From a bacterium (GTDB lineage: Bacteria > SZUA-182 > DTGQ01 > JAFGSM01): 64,000 nucleotides of DNA. The translations under genes and the position numbers were made by a program. The notes under the pieces are model-generated. The model was not told the origin of the DNA. It made no database searches and was given only the letters and a program-made list of their open reading frames with translations. The stretch lies in contig JBLIRO010000022.1 in NCBI GenBank assembly GCA_049472335.1, positions 1 to 64,000 on the forward strand. The letters run 5' to 3'. Shown here one piece after another: positions 40,283 through 50,668 of the stretch; within the stretch, counting starts at the first letter, position 1; the number at the start of each line of letters is the position of its first letter.

Positions 40283-41155
40283 TTGGGCATGAAACAAGAA
40301 TGTTTCATAAAAATTCTTTTTTTGTTCTCGGTTTTTATAATAGTCATGTCATTGATTAGCCTAAGTAATATGGGAGATGTATATGCATACTATGGATTTC
40401 CATACACATACTCCCTGGCAGGCCTTTATAATCCCATGTCTTTATATGGCTATGGGACGGGATTGCTGGGCGGACTTACCAATCTTTACGGTTTAGGTGG
40501 GATATATAATCTGACAGGAGGCCTGGGCGGCCTTGGCCTTTTAGGCAGGCTCTATGGATTGGGCGGTCTATATGGCATGGGTGGCCTTTATGGTCTTGGC
40601 AGCTCTTACGGTCTGAGCAGTCTTTATGGATTGGGCGGTTTAACCGCACCCAATGGGGTTGGTGGCCTTTACGGGCTTGGAAGTTTATACGGATTGGGAG
40701 GTATGTACGGTCTTTATGGTATGGCCGGCTTAACCGGACTCGGTTCCCTGCTGACCGGGCTCACGACAAACCCTTTAAGTTCCTTGGTCACCAATAACCC
40801 GGTTGTGGCAGAGCAGGCGGGTACATGGATTGGCCAGTGGAATCTTGGCTTCCTCTTCGGCACTATGATAATGAATCTTAAAGAGGATCCCCTGACCGGA
40901 GGGTTATCCGGGACTGTCCAGTTGATTGGAAATAACACATTCGCGGGGATATTCAATGTGTTTGGCGAAGGTAGTCTCACCTTTGTTTTACTGACCGGGC
41001 AAGATCCTACCCTAAGCTATGCTATCAGTATCTCTGCTCCCCTGCCCACGCCAACAACTATGGAGGGATACTACGATATATATAAAATCCCTAACACGAC
41101 GCCACAGGAATCAGGGACTTTTGCCCTTGAGCTGGTATCGACAGTTGTAATTTAA
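40283..41155 (+). CDS. Secreted Gly/Leu/Tyr-rich protein, paralogue of GY-4 (GY-5)
   Basis: Signal ending VYA-YYG; GGLYGLG repeats; AEQAGTWIG...NL.EDPL...QL.GN.T...ESG.F.L.L shared with GY-4. Confidence 0.85.
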   Translation: MGMKQECFIKILFLFSVFIIVMSLISLSNMGDVYAYYGFPYTYSLAGLYNPMSLYGYGTGLLGGLTNLYGLGGIYNLTGGLGGLGLLGRLYGLGGLYGMGGLYGLGSSYGLSSLYGLGGLTAPNGVGGLYGLGSLYGLGGMYGLYGMAGLTGLGSLLTGLTTNPLSSLVTNNPVVAEQAGTWIGQWNLGFLFGTMIMNLKEDPLTGGLSGTVQLIGNNTFAGIFNVFGEGSLTFVLLTGQDPTLSYAISISAPLPTPTTMEGYYDIYKIPNTTPQESGTFALELVSTVVI

Positions 41156-41181
41156 TTATTTAATCTCAGGGATATTGGACG

Positions 41182-41226
41182 AAAGGCCGCCGGATAACTC
41201 AATATCCGGCAGGCCTTTTGATTTTT
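41182..41226 (+). terminator. Intrinsic terminator after GY-5
   Basis: AAAGGCCGCCGGATA-ACTCAA-TATCCGGCAGGCCTTTT. Confidence 0.75.
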
Positions 41227-41256
41227 TATCCAGTGAAATGATATATTATTAATTAA

Positions 41257-42291
41257 ATGAGATATATCAACGAGCTTGATCCAACAGAACTTTCCGAATT
41301 TATTTCCTCTTGCAGCCAGCCTCCCTACAGGCTTCATCAGATCTACCAATGGCTTTACAAAGAAGGAGTCGATTCCTTTGAAAAGATGTCAAACCTTCCA
41401 AAGCCATTTCGGGAAAAACTCAAAGATCATTTTTTACTTTCCTTCCCGAGGGTGGCCGAGGTATTGACATCTGAGGACGGGACCCAGAAATTCCTCCTTA
41501 GGCTGGAGGGCCGAGTAACGATCGAAACAGTAGGAATAAAGGATAAGGGGAGGTTGACGCTTTGTCTGTCTACTCAGGCAGGATGCAGGCAGGGGTGCAG
41601 CTTTTGTTTAACCGGGAAGATCGGATTTTATCGTTCCCTCAGACATCATGAAATAAGTGATCAGGTCATTGTTGTATCCAATTTTATAAAACCGGAAAAA
41701 ATAACACATATTGTGCTGATGGGTATGGGGGAACCCCTTGACAATTATCTTCAAACAATCCGGGCCATAAAAACACTTATAGATCCTGAACGCGGGAGTT
41801 TTCATCCCCGTCGAATAACACTGTCCACGGTAGGATTTGTTCCTGGTATTTATCAACTGGGGAAAGAGAAACTCGGGATCAAACTGGCCGTTTCCCTGAA
41901 TGCACCAACAGATAAAATCAGGAATGCACTTATGCCTGTTAACAGAAATTATCCACTTTCCGATTTAATGGAATGTATGCGCAATTATCCTCTCCCACCC
42001 GGACAGAAAATAACCATAGAATATTGTTTGATTCGCGGACTGAATGACAGCCATAACTGCGCAGCTACCCTCGCCTCTCTTTTACAGTGCCTGAAAGGGC
42101 GGGTAAAAGTGAATCTAATCCCATATAATGAAAACCCGATCCTTCCGTTTCAGGCGCCAACCATGGAAAGCCTGGATAGATTTCAGACTTGTCTTGTTGA
42201 AAAAGGAATTTTGGCCTTCATTAGAAAAAGCAAGGGTAAGGACATTTTAGCTGCATGTGGGCAGTTGGGGTATCAGAGTTATGAAAATTGA
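41257..42291 (+). CDS. rlmN: 23S rRNA m2A2503 methyltransferase (radical SAM)
   Basis: CRQGCSFC, MGMGEP and AACGQL motifs. Confidence 0.93.
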   Translation: MRYINELDPTELSEFISSCSQPPYRLHQIYQWLYKEGVDSFEKMSNLPKPFREKLKDHFLLSFPRVAEVLTSEDGTQKFLLRLEGRVTIETVGIKDKGRLTLCLSTQAGCRQGCSFCLTGKIGFYRSLRHHEISDQVIVVSNFIKPEKITHIVLMGMGEPLDNYLQTIRAIKTLIDPERGSFHPRRITLSTVGFVPGIYQLGKEKLGIKLAVSLNAPTDKIRNALMPVNRNYPLSDLMECMRNYPLPPGQKITIEYCLIRGLNDSHNCAATLASLLQCLKGRVKVNLIPYNENPILPFQAPTMESLDRFQTCLVEKGILAFIRKSKGKDILAACGQLGYQSYEN

Positions 42292-43063
42292 CGGAGTCAC
42301 CTTGAAATCAGCCCCAAGTCTTTTTTGCGTTCTTTGTGAATGTAAAAATGCGGGTAATATGGGTGCCATTGCAAGGGCCATAAAAAACATGGGTCTTGAA
42401 GGCCTTATTCTGGTCCGGCCTAATCGTGAGCGATGGTTAGAGGCGATTAAAATGGCTCCGGGAGCGGAGGAGGTTTTAGAAAAGGCAGAGATGTGCAGTT
42501 CAATGGAACACGCCATTTCAGGCATGCATTATGTAATAGGCACAACCAGTCGAATTCGCAAGCATCGCCTCCATACCTTTACTCCCAGGGAGATAATACC
42601 GAAGCTCATCAATCTCCCCTCAGACCACAGGATTGCAATAGTGTTCGGATCGGAAAGAACAGGCCTTTCTAATCATCAGCTTTCCTTTTGTCAAAAGGTT
42701 ATAGTAATTCCTTCATCACAAAATCTTCCATCCATCAACCTGGCCCAGGCAGTGATGATACTGGCCTATGAATGGCATATGTCCTTATCGAGTAAAAAGG
42801 TCATAAAGGGGGGCAGGAAAATGGTACTTGCCGGTGCAGACAAGAGGAAAAGGCTTATGGATCATACGGAAAGCGTCTTAAACCGTATTGGTTTCATCCG
42901 GGAGAATACCGATCATATCATGCTTTCTCTTATAGACATGTTATCGCGTCTGGATCTCAGTGAAAGGGAGGTAGCCATATTAAGAGGGATTTTAAGCCGA
43001 ATCGAGTACTGCCTGGATATGCAAAAACAGAATGATTTTGGATTAAGCAGAAATGGGATGTAG
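42257..43063 (+). CDS. TrmJ/TrmH-family RNA methyltransferase
   Basis: GNMGAIARAIKNMG, FGSERTGLSN and SINLAQAV motifs. Confidence 0.88.
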   Translation: MGSWGIRVMKIDGVTLKSAPSLFCVLCECKNAGNMGAIARAIKNMGLEGLILVRPNRERWLEAIKMAPGAEEVLEKAEMCSSMEHAISGMHYVIGTTSRIRKHRLHTFTPREIIPKLINLPSDHRIAIVFGSERTGLSNHQLSFCQKVIVIPSSQNLPSINLAQAVMILAYEWHMSLSSKKVIKGGRKMVLAGADKRKRLMDHTESVLNRIGFIRENTDHIMLSLIDMLSRLDLSEREVAILRGILSRIEYCLDMQKQNDFGLSRNGM

Positions 43064-43811
43064 AAGATCCGATCGTTCCCATAATTTTTTTTCTGCGGAT
43101 ATGCCAGGGACCATTAATGTACCGGGGGATTGCAGGGTATCTTTAAATAAGGCGCCATGGATACCAAGACCCGGAGAGATCATTACCGTTGAGGATGATA
43201 TGGGAAGGCATTTTCGTGGAAGAGTCCTTAGTCTTGGCAAAACTCAATGTGAGGTTCATCTTTTTGAAAACCTGAAAAAAAGGATGGAGTCATCTCTGGA
43301 TCTTCTGCTGCTTCAGTCTTTACCTGAAAAGGAGAGAATGGAATGGATTATCCAGAAAACCACTGAACTTGGGGTAAGGGCAATCGTGCCTTTTCACTCT
43401 GAACGATCAATCAGATTGGAGGAAAGAGAGAAATTACAGCGAAAGGCTCACCGTTGGCCTGATATTGCCAAAAAAGCTTCAAGTCAATGTCGAAGGGCCT
43501 TGGTTCCGGTCATTGAACCTTATACCAGTTTTACAAATGCCTTAAGATATGCTGATGAGTATGATCTGAAAATGCTTTTGTGGGAAAGGGAGTTTAATGC
43601 CGGATTGAAAGGGATATGTTCGAATGTAAATCCACCAACCAGTATATGTGTGATAGTAGGACCCGAAGGGGGATTTTCGGAAAAAGAGATAGTAATGGCA
43701 AGAGGTGCCGGGTTCATTACGGTCGGCCTCGGACCGAGGATATTGAGGACAGAGACTGCAGCTATAACTATTATCGCTCTCATCCAATACATATGGGGGG
43801 ACTTGGGTTAG
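43053..43811 (+). CDS. rsmE: 16S rRNA m3U1498 methyltransferase
   Basis: IQKTTELGV, VGPEGGFS and LGPRILRTETA motifs. Confidence 0.9.
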   Translation: MGCRRSDRSHNFFSADMPGTINVPGDCRVSLNKAPWIPRPGEIITVEDDMGRHFRGRVLSLGKTQCEVHLFENLKKRMESSLDLLLLQSLPEKERMEWIIQKTTELGVRAIVPFHSERSIRLEEREKLQRKAHRWPDIAKKASSQCRRALVPVIEPYTSFTNALRYADEYDLKMLLWEREFNAGLKGICSNVNPPTSICVIVGPEGGFSEKEIVMARGAGFITVGLGPRILRTETAAITIIALIQYIWGDLG

Positions 43812-43844
43812 GATAGACATACCTAAAAAGATTTTGCGAACAGA

Positions 43845-43872
43845 AAGAAGCCTCGACGAATCGAGGCTTCTT
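43845..43872. terminator. Hairpin between convergent genes
   Basis: AAGAAGCCTCGA-CGAA-TCGAGGCTTCTT perfect stem. Confidence 0.7.
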
Positions 43873-43964
43873 GAATCATTGAGGTTACAAAATACTATGC
43901 AGATTTATATTGCCAGTTTGGAATATCTGCAGGATCGTATATTTTCCTTTTAATTATTCATATA

Positions 43965-44231
43965 TTAATATCTCCGAAACTCCCGTTTAGGTTTGCTTTT
44001 AAGCGGGCGAGCGAAGTCTACCTTTAAGGCGCGTCCTTTGAAATCAGAGCTGTTCAATTCGCCTTTTGCCTTTTCAGCATCGGCCTGTTTTGACATTTCA
44101 ACGAATCCGAAACCCTTTCCTTCGATTATTTTGACTTCCTTAACCTCTCCGTAATTGGAGAGCAATTCTTCCAACTCCTCACTAGTAACAGAAAAATTTA
44201 AATTCCCTATATAAAGTTTGGTACCTTGCAT
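43965..44231 (-). CDS. RRM (RNP-1) RNA-binding protein
   Basis: KLYIGNL (RNP2), KGFGFVEM (RNP1), GRALKV. Confidence 0.92.
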   Translation of the reverse strand: MQGTKLYIGNLNFSVTSEELEELLSNYGEVKEVKIIEGKGFGFVEMSKQADAEKAKGELNSSDFKGRALKVDFARPLKSKPKREFRRY

Positions 44232-44830
44232 TTGGATCTCCATAAATTTTTTATTATTTCTCTTCGATCAATAAAGTTTCTTCTGGAGGTAGAAGCAAAA
44301 TAGCAATCTGTCCTCCTTAATGATAACGTTATCAATACAAGAGAATCATCATAAAAAAACCGTAAAATAGATAAAAATGTAGATAAAATTAGGCTTCCTT
44401 ATCACCTCCTCTCGGATATGACACAATATCAGGAAATAAGCACTTTATATATCAGTTTGAGTTATCAGTATTTTAGATAAAGGATGCATTAATTCTCATA
44501 TGTTGTTCATAGATGAATTTGTTTAAGAACAAGTCTGATTTTTTTCCCAAATCCTTTTTGTCCCAAAATTATTAAAGGACTTCTGACAGGTTTATATAAG
44601 CAATATGAAGTATTTTCAGAGAAATATCGGGTCAGAATATATTGGATCGGTAACTAATGGAAAATAATTATTTGCAAAAAGACTCATATTTTTCCAAAAA
44701 AATTTCACAAAGATATATTATACAATATGAAATAATTGAAGAAATGTCAAGTCAGGTTTAAATCAGTAATTCAAATTTTGGCCAAATAACTTTTTTGTGT
44801 ATTATATTTAGTTTAATGAAACAAAATTGA

Positions 44831-45042
44831 GCCTTGACATTTGGCAATTGATTTTATTAAATATTGATGGATTAGTAAAAAGGTCATTCCGTCGTCTCCA
44901 GATCTTTTTTGAAGGCCTCAAAGCTTGCTTCGCTTCGCTAAGGGCCTTTTATAAAAAATGCCAATGACTCCTTCAATGACTTTTTTAAGATCTTATCAAT
45001 ATTAAGCGGGTTTATATTTTATTTATTGTCAAATGCTAAGGC
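44831..45042. repeat. Nested inverted-repeat element (MITE/REP-like or long RNA hairpin)
   Basis: Outer IR 44831-44848/45025-45042; inner IR TATTGAT...TAAAAAGGTCATT / AATGACTTTTTTA...ATCAATA; central AAGGCCT...AGGGCCTT. Confidence 0.6.
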
Positions 45043-45168
45043 TTGATTCCGGATCACAGCAATTTTGGGTAGAATCCTTATTTCAAACCTGACCGTCGTT
45101 CCGGTAACTCAATCGTTATAGTTAGAATTGTTGACGGATAATATTTTTGTTTTTTTAAGGAGGTCTCT

Positions 45169-45801
45169 ATGAAATATATTGATGAACCTGTTCGCAAGTA
45201 TATCGATGACGCATCCTCCGGCCGGCCGACTCCCGGTGGTGGGAGTATTGCCGCAATGGGAGGTGCCTTGGCTGGTTCCATGATGAATATGGTATGTAAT
45301 TTTACAGTTGGTAAGAAGGCATATCAGACGGTTGAGGAAAGGGTTAGGGCACTTCTTGAAGAGGGAATGGATTTGACAGAGCAGATGCTTCGTCTTGCCG
45401 TTGAAGATACAGAAGCATATGCTGAAGTGTCAAAGGCTTATGTTCTTCCTAAAAACACGGAAGACGAAAAAAAGGCAAGAAGCCAGGCAATTCAGGAGGC
45501 ATGCAAACTGGCGCTTCAGGTGCCATCTAAGGTAATGACTGCCGGTGCCAGGATGCTGGTTTTGCTTTCCGAGCTAGTAGACATAGGAAACAAAAATTTA
45601 ATAACCGATACAGGTGTGTCTGCTCTTATGGCCCTTTCCGCAGTTGAATCTGCGGTCCTAAATGTAAGAATCAATCTGCTCTTTATAAGGGATGAGAAAT
45701 TTGTGAGTGAAAAAAATGAATGGATATCTAAGCTGGAGTCTGAATGCAAGGTCAACAAGGATATGATCATGGAAAAAGTCAATAAGGCATGTGGCCTATA
45801 A
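45169..45801 (+). CDS. Formiminotetrahydrofolate cyclodeaminase / methenyl-THF cyclohydrolase family (FchA-like)
   Basis: PTPGGGS, GNKNLITDTGV and AVLNVRINL motifs; next to folD. Confidence 0.88.
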   Translation: MKYIDEPVRKYIDDASSGRPTPGGGSIAAMGGALAGSMMNMVCNFTVGKKAYQTVEERVRALLEEGMDLTEQMLRLAVEDTEAYAEVSKAYVLPKNTEDEKKARSQAIQEACKLALQVPSKVMTAGARMLVLLSELVDIGNKNLITDTGVSALMALSAVESAVLNVRINLLFIRDEKFVSEKNEWISKLESECKVNKDMIMEKVNKACGL

Positions 45802-45852
45802 AACTCTTTTTTTTCTGATTGAACATGAAAAATCTTATATAGGAGAATTGAT

Positions 45853-46758
45853 ATGGAACCTAAGATAATAGATGGAGAGGCAAAAGCCGCTGATATCAAA
45901 GAGGAATTGAAAAAGGAGATAAGAGCGGTCAAAGATGCAAACAAGATTGTCTGCCTTGCAGCAGTTCAGGTTGGAGAGAATCCGAGTTCCAGGGTCTATA
46001 TCAAAAATCAACAGAGAACCTGCGAGGAACTAGGCATTGACTATAAGTTGCATGAACTTTCCGATCAAACTACACAGGACGAATTGATCGATTATATTGA
46101 AAAACTGAATCAGGATCATAGTACAACAGGAATTATTCTTCAAATGCCTCTTCCCCCAACCATAGATCATCGGGCTGTTCAATGGAGGATCGCTCCGGAG
46201 AAAGACGTGGAGGGCATGCATCCGTCGAACCTTGGCCGGTTATTTTATGGAAACGCGGTTGTATATCCGTGTACCGCCCAGGCGGCTGTTACTCTTTTGA
46301 AAAGCATAGAGGTGCCTCTGAAAGGTCTCGAAGCGGTAATTGTAGGGCGCAGTGAGATCGTAGGTATGCCTGCCGCTGTTATGCTTCTTAAGTCTGGAAA
46401 AGAATCCCCAACGGTCACTATATGTCACACCGCAACTAGAGATATGCTCTTCCATACCAGGCGCGCAGATGTAGTTATAGTTGCTGCAGGAAGACCTAAT
46501 ATGATTACCGCCGATATGGTTAAAGAGGGGGTTATTCTGATTGATGTTGGGATAAACAGGGTCCCGCTGCTTGACGAGAATGGGCAGCCGGTTTTGAATG
46601 ATAAAGGAAAGCCGCGTAAAAAAACAGTGGGAGATGCTGATTTTGAAGGTATAAAAAATAAGGCCTCTTATATTACTCCTGTTCCCGGAGGGGTTGGCCC
46701 TATGACTGTTGCCATGCTACTAAAAAATACAGTAGAAGCGGCAAAAGCAAATCAATAA
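45853..46758 (+). CDS. folD: Methylene-THF dehydrogenase/cyclohydrolase
   Basis: QMPLP, KDVEG, GRSEIVG, DVGINR and TPVPGGVGPMT motifs. Confidence 0.95.
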   Translation: MEPKIIDGEAKAADIKEELKKEIRAVKDANKIVCLAAVQVGENPSSRVYIKNQQRTCEELGIDYKLHELSDQTTQDELIDYIEKLNQDHSTTGIILQMPLPPTIDHRAVQWRIAPEKDVEGMHPSNLGRLFYGNAVVYPCTAQAAVTLLKSIEVPLKGLEAVIVGRSEIVGMPAAVMLLKSGKESPTVTICHTATRDMLFHTRRADVVIVAAGRPNMITADMVKEGVILIDVGINRVPLLDENGQPVLNDKGKPRKKTVGDADFEGIKNKASYITPVPGGVGPMTVAMLLKNTVEAAKANQ

Positions 46759-46786
46759 GGAATTTGCTCAAGCTCCTAACAGGATT

Positions 46787-47728
46787 TTGAGGATTTTAAA
46801 GGTAATTGAAATGTCTCGGGATTGCCGATTGGCAGTAATAGGCGCCGGAAGGGTAGGGTGTGCCATGGCCTTTCTGTCGCGCGAAAAGGGTTATGAGATA
46901 ACAGGCCTTTGTTGCCAGCATCCTGAAGAAGCCCAAAATGCGGCTGACTTTCTCAATAAGAGGTGTGCTGCAAAGAAGGCCCCGGGTCTCTGGCTCAGAG
47001 ATGCTAATTTGATCCTTATTACGACACCGGATGATGTCATAGGGCAGGTTTGCTCGCAAATAGTTGATTCAGAATATATTAAACCCGGATCTGTAATTGC
47101 GCATTGTAGCGGTGCACATCCTTCATCTATTCTAAAGCCAGCAGCCGATATAGGATGTCCGACAGGCTCTTTGCATCCACTCCAGAGTTGTGCTACAAAA
47201 GAAATGGCTATTAGCCTGCTTCCGGGCTCATATTTTTGTATTGAGGGTTCTGAAGAGGCAAAGATTGTATTAAAAGACCTTGTCATGTCGATCGGTGGTA
47301 ATATCCTGGAGATAGCTACAGATGACAAACCTTTGTACCATGCAAGCGCAGCGGTAGCCTCAAACTTTCTTATAGCTCTGATTAATTTTGCATTAAGCCT
47401 TTATGAAACTATAGGTATAGAAAGAGAGAAGGGATTGCAGGCTCTTTCTCCGCTTTTTGAAGGAACTATCAGGAATATCAAAGCCATGGGAATACCTGAA
47501 GCTCTGACAGGGCCAATTATGAGGGGCGATCTGGGTACCGTGAAGGCACATCTTGAGGCAATTAAAAACAGAACACCTTACTATCTTTCCCTATATTGCG
47601 CACTGGGGATCGAGACGACAAAAATTGCCATGTTAAAAGGGACGATAAATGATAAGACAGGGAACAAATTTGAGGAGCTTTTCGATCAATACCTCATTTT
47701 TAGCCAGTCTTACGGCTCAATCGATTAA
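46787..47728 (+). CDS. Rossmann-like + DUF2520 oxidoreductase (PanG-like)
   Basis: IGAGRVG, HCSGA, HPLQS, YHASAAVASN and LTGPIMRGD motifs. Confidence 0.82.
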   Translation: MRILKVIEMSRDCRLAVIGAGRVGCAMAFLSREKGYEITGLCCQHPEEAQNAADFLNKRCAAKKAPGLWLRDANLILITTPDDVIGQVCSQIVDSEYIKPGSVIAHCSGAHPSSILKPAADIGCPTGSLHPLQSCATKEMAISLLPGSYFCIEGSEEAKIVLKDLVMSIGGNILEIATDDKPLYHASAAVASNFLIALINFALSLYETIGIEREKGLQALSPLFEGTIRNIKAMGIPEALTGPIMRGDLGTVKAHLEAIKNRTPYYLSLYCALGIETTKIAMLKGTINDKTGNKFEELFDQYLIFSQSYGSID

Positions 47729-47878
47729 AAATACTTTAAGTTCTTACCAAAAAAGACATAGAGTTTCGCTTTTTGCTCTCTGTGTCCTTTTTGTTTAACA
47801 ATATCTTAAGCTTAGGTATTAACTGTTTGTATCAACTGATTTTACCAATCCATAAAGCCTCTTGTGCTATTATCAGAT

Positions 47879-49771
47879 CTAATTTATTGTAAACTGCTCA
47901 ACAAGTCCTTTCTGATCGGTAGTCAATTCAACCAATTGATGGGCGGTATCAGCAATCTGATTTGCGTCGGCGGTTGTTTGTCCCACTATCTCACTCATTT
48001 GCTTTATAGCCGAGACTACCTGCTCGGAGGCACTTCCTTGTTGCTGAGTTGCCATGCTGATCTGATTGGCGGAATCGGCTGTTTTTTTAGATAGCTCAAT
48101 CCCTTCTGCCACTGATTTGCCTACATTTTCCGTGGCCATAACCGATGCATTCGTTGCGTCCTGTATTTCCTTTATGATTTCCCTGATCTGCTTGGTGGAT
48201 TTAGCAACGTTTGTCGCCAGTTCCCTTATTTCTATTGCGACAACAGCAAAACCCTTACCCGCTTCACCTGCTCTTTCAGCTTCGATAGAGGCATTCAAAG
48301 CCAGAATATTTGTCTGTCTGGCAATATCGTCGATCATTGCAACAACTTCACCTATCGTCTGTGACTTTTCGCCCAGGGTCAGGATTCTGTTTGCCTCCTG
48401 GTCAGTATTGTTCCTTATGTTTTCCATCCCTGCAAGACTCTGTCTTGCCAAGTGTGCTACAACCTTGGCATTTTCAGCTATTTGCTTTGAGGTTATAGCC
48501 AGTTCTTCAACTGTAGTGGAGGTCTCAGTAAGGGATGTCGATTGTTGCATAGAACCATCCGCTTGTTGTCTGCTTGATGTGGAAAGTTCGACAGAAGAAG
48601 ACTCCAGAAGACCGACACTGATTTTCATCTGTTTAACAAGATTAAGAAGTTTTTCCTGCATTTGGTTAAAGGCCTGGGAAATTTGTCCAATTTCATTGTT
48701 TCCTGAAATTTCGACCTTTTGGGTTAGATCTCCCCTTCCCATTGCCTGGGCGGTAAATAGAAGCTGGCGAATTGGGTTGATGATGCTCCTAAGCAGCATA
48801 ATAATAGCAGCAACGCCTAAAACTATTGCAAACATACCTATCGATGTCATAGCTTTTATTATATTTGATTTCATATTTAGAACATCATCCATTTGGGCAA
48901 GAATCAACATAGATCCCAAGAGATTATTATTTTTATCAAATATAGGTTTAAATGCGGCCATGTGGACCTTGCCTTCACTCATGAAATTGGGCTGATATGT
49001 AGTATCAAGTCTCGAGACCATTTCGGTAAAGGCTTCACCACTTATCTCCTTGCCAACCAAATCCTTGTGTGTAGAGGTGATGACCTTTCCTGTCTTTTGT
49101 CCTTTATTCGATAAAAGGGCGATTTTTGCCCCTGTTGAAGCCTCTATATGCTCTGCCAAATCTTCACCAATAAAATCGTCTATGACAAGATATGCGGCGA
49201 TATCTTCCCCCTTTTTTATAATACCGCATACCTTTATAGCGAACATTCCATCTTCAAAAAGCAATTGAGACGCAATGTCATTTTTTTCTGCCTTCTTAAA
49301 TAAAGGATGAACAGGTATCGATTCACCGGATTTTCTATTGCCGGTTGTACAGGCCATCAATACACACTTTTCCGCATCAACAGGCCTGCATGTCATTATC
49401 CTTTCAACATTTATTTTTTCTTGAATGTCAAGTGACTGTTTTTTGATTTCTTCATACTCTTCAGTATATAAAGCTACATTTATAGCATTTATAAAGTAAC
49501 CTCCATTTATTATAAATGTTGAATATTTTTCCAATATATCGATACGCTCTTGTATAAGATTCTCTATACCGGCAATATTGCTTTCCACCATCTTTTGTTT
49601 GTTTTTTAGCATATTGTTCGTTATGACCCGGTTAATAGAGATGAGTATGGATATTGTTATCAAAATGATAAGCAAGTTTAATGAAATCAATAGCTTGTTT
49701 TTTAATTTCATGTTTCTCCAGAATACTAAAAAACCTCTATTCTTGTCTTGTCTTTCTTTTTTATCCATCAT
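47879..49771 (-). CDS. Methyl-accepting chemotaxis protein (Cache-like sensor, HAMP, short signalling domain)
   Basis: Two TMs, HAMP (GDLT...NEIGQ..AFN), [13 protein letters not shown] and GKGFAVVA motifs. Confidence 0.92.
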   Translation of the reverse strand: MMDKKERQDKNRGFLVFWRNMKLKNKLLISLNLLIILITISILISINRVITNNMLKNKQKMVESNIAGIENLIQERIDILEKYSTFIINGGYFINAINVALYTEEYEEIKKQSLDIQEKINVERIMTCRPVDAEKCVLMACTTGNRKSGESIPVHPLFKKAEKNDIASQLLFEDGMFAIKVCGIIKKGEDIAAYLVIDDFIGEDLAEHIEASTGAKIALLSNKGQKTGKVITSTHKDLVGKEISGEAFTEMVSRLDTTYQPNFMSEGKVHMAAFKPIFDKNNNLLGSMLILAQMDDVLNMKSNIIKAMTSIGMFAIVLGVAAIIMLLRSIINPIRQLLFTAQAMGRGDLTQKVEISGNNEIGQISQAFNQMQEKLLNLVKQMKISVGLLESSSVELSTSSRQQADGSMQQSTSLTETSTTVEELAITSKQIAENAKVVAHLARQSLAGMENIRNNTDQEANRILTLGEKSQTIGEVVAMIDDIARQTNILALNASIEAERAGEAGKGFAVVAIEIRELATNVAKSTKQIREIIKEIQDATNASVMATENVGKSVAEGIELSKKTADSANQISMATQQQGSASEQVVSAIKQMSEIVGQTTADANQIADTAHQLVELTTDQKGLVEQFTIN

Positions 49772-50191
49772 ACTTTCCTCCCTTTTCTAACCGTTATTCT
49801 TATGGCGCGGTTTTAAAAATAAGCAAAAATATTTCAATTAACGAATTAATTCTCCGGAGGGCGCAGGCCTCCTAACCTAAAGTTATGAATACGTTTTTAT
49901 TATCGTCTTTTATGTTTTGTTTCTTCATATCGATAAATATCCAGTCTTGGCCAACATACAAAAAATCATTGAAGAATCGCATAAGGGCCGCAGTTCTGAT
50001 CATAAACAAGGAGTATGAATAGCAATATACAACTATTACTTTTTTTGTAGTGTGGAATAGAATCCGGGCGCCAAAGGAATTTCATGAAATTACCGAAAAA
50101 AAGATAATAGGAATCAATTGATTTGGAAGGATTTTTATATCCTTGTTTAGTTTTCTTAAGGTTAACGTTCGAACAGAAAGGGAGTTGGGTT

Positions 50192-50656
50192 ATGAATTTA
50201 ACCGATCAGTATCTCATTTTTACTCTAGATGAACAACGATATGCCATGGGGCTTTCCGGTGTAGAAAAGGTCATCCGCGCAGTGGAAATGAATATACTTC
50301 CTGAGAGCCAGGATCTCATTCTGGGCTTGATAAATATGCAGGGAAAGATCATCCCGGTGATTAATATCCGCAAACATTTTTATTTGCCACCCAGTGAATT
50401 GGAAATAAGCAACAGGATTATCATTTCCAATACCTCCAAACTCACAGTAGCTTTCGTTGTGGATACGGTTGAAGGGGTTGTTGAAATCCCTAAGGATAGA
50501 GTCAATGAGGCACAGAAAATCTTTCCGAAATTAGAGCAATACATTGAAGGTGTGGGAAAACTGAATGAAGATACAGTCCTTATTTATAATGTTGAAAATC
50601 TTTTGTCCACACAAGATGTGAATAAATTAAAGGATGTTGTTGAGGAATTTAATTAA
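50192..50656 (+). CDS. cheW: CheW-like coupling protein
   Basis: ILGLINMQGKIIPVI and FVVDTVEGV motifs. Confidence 0.88.
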   Translation: MNLTDQYLIFTLDEQRYAMGLSGVEKVIRAVEMNILPESQDLILGLINMQGKIIPVINIRKHFYLPPSELEISNRIIISNTSKLTVAFVVDTVEGVVEIPKDRVNEAQKIFPKLEQYIEGVGKLNEDTVLIYNVENLLSTQDVNKLKDVVEEFN

Positions 50657-50668
50657 TCAAAAGGCAAA

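Noticed and set aside
48066..48995. 309-aa plus-strand ORF
   Set aside because: Antisense shadow of the MCP signalling domain
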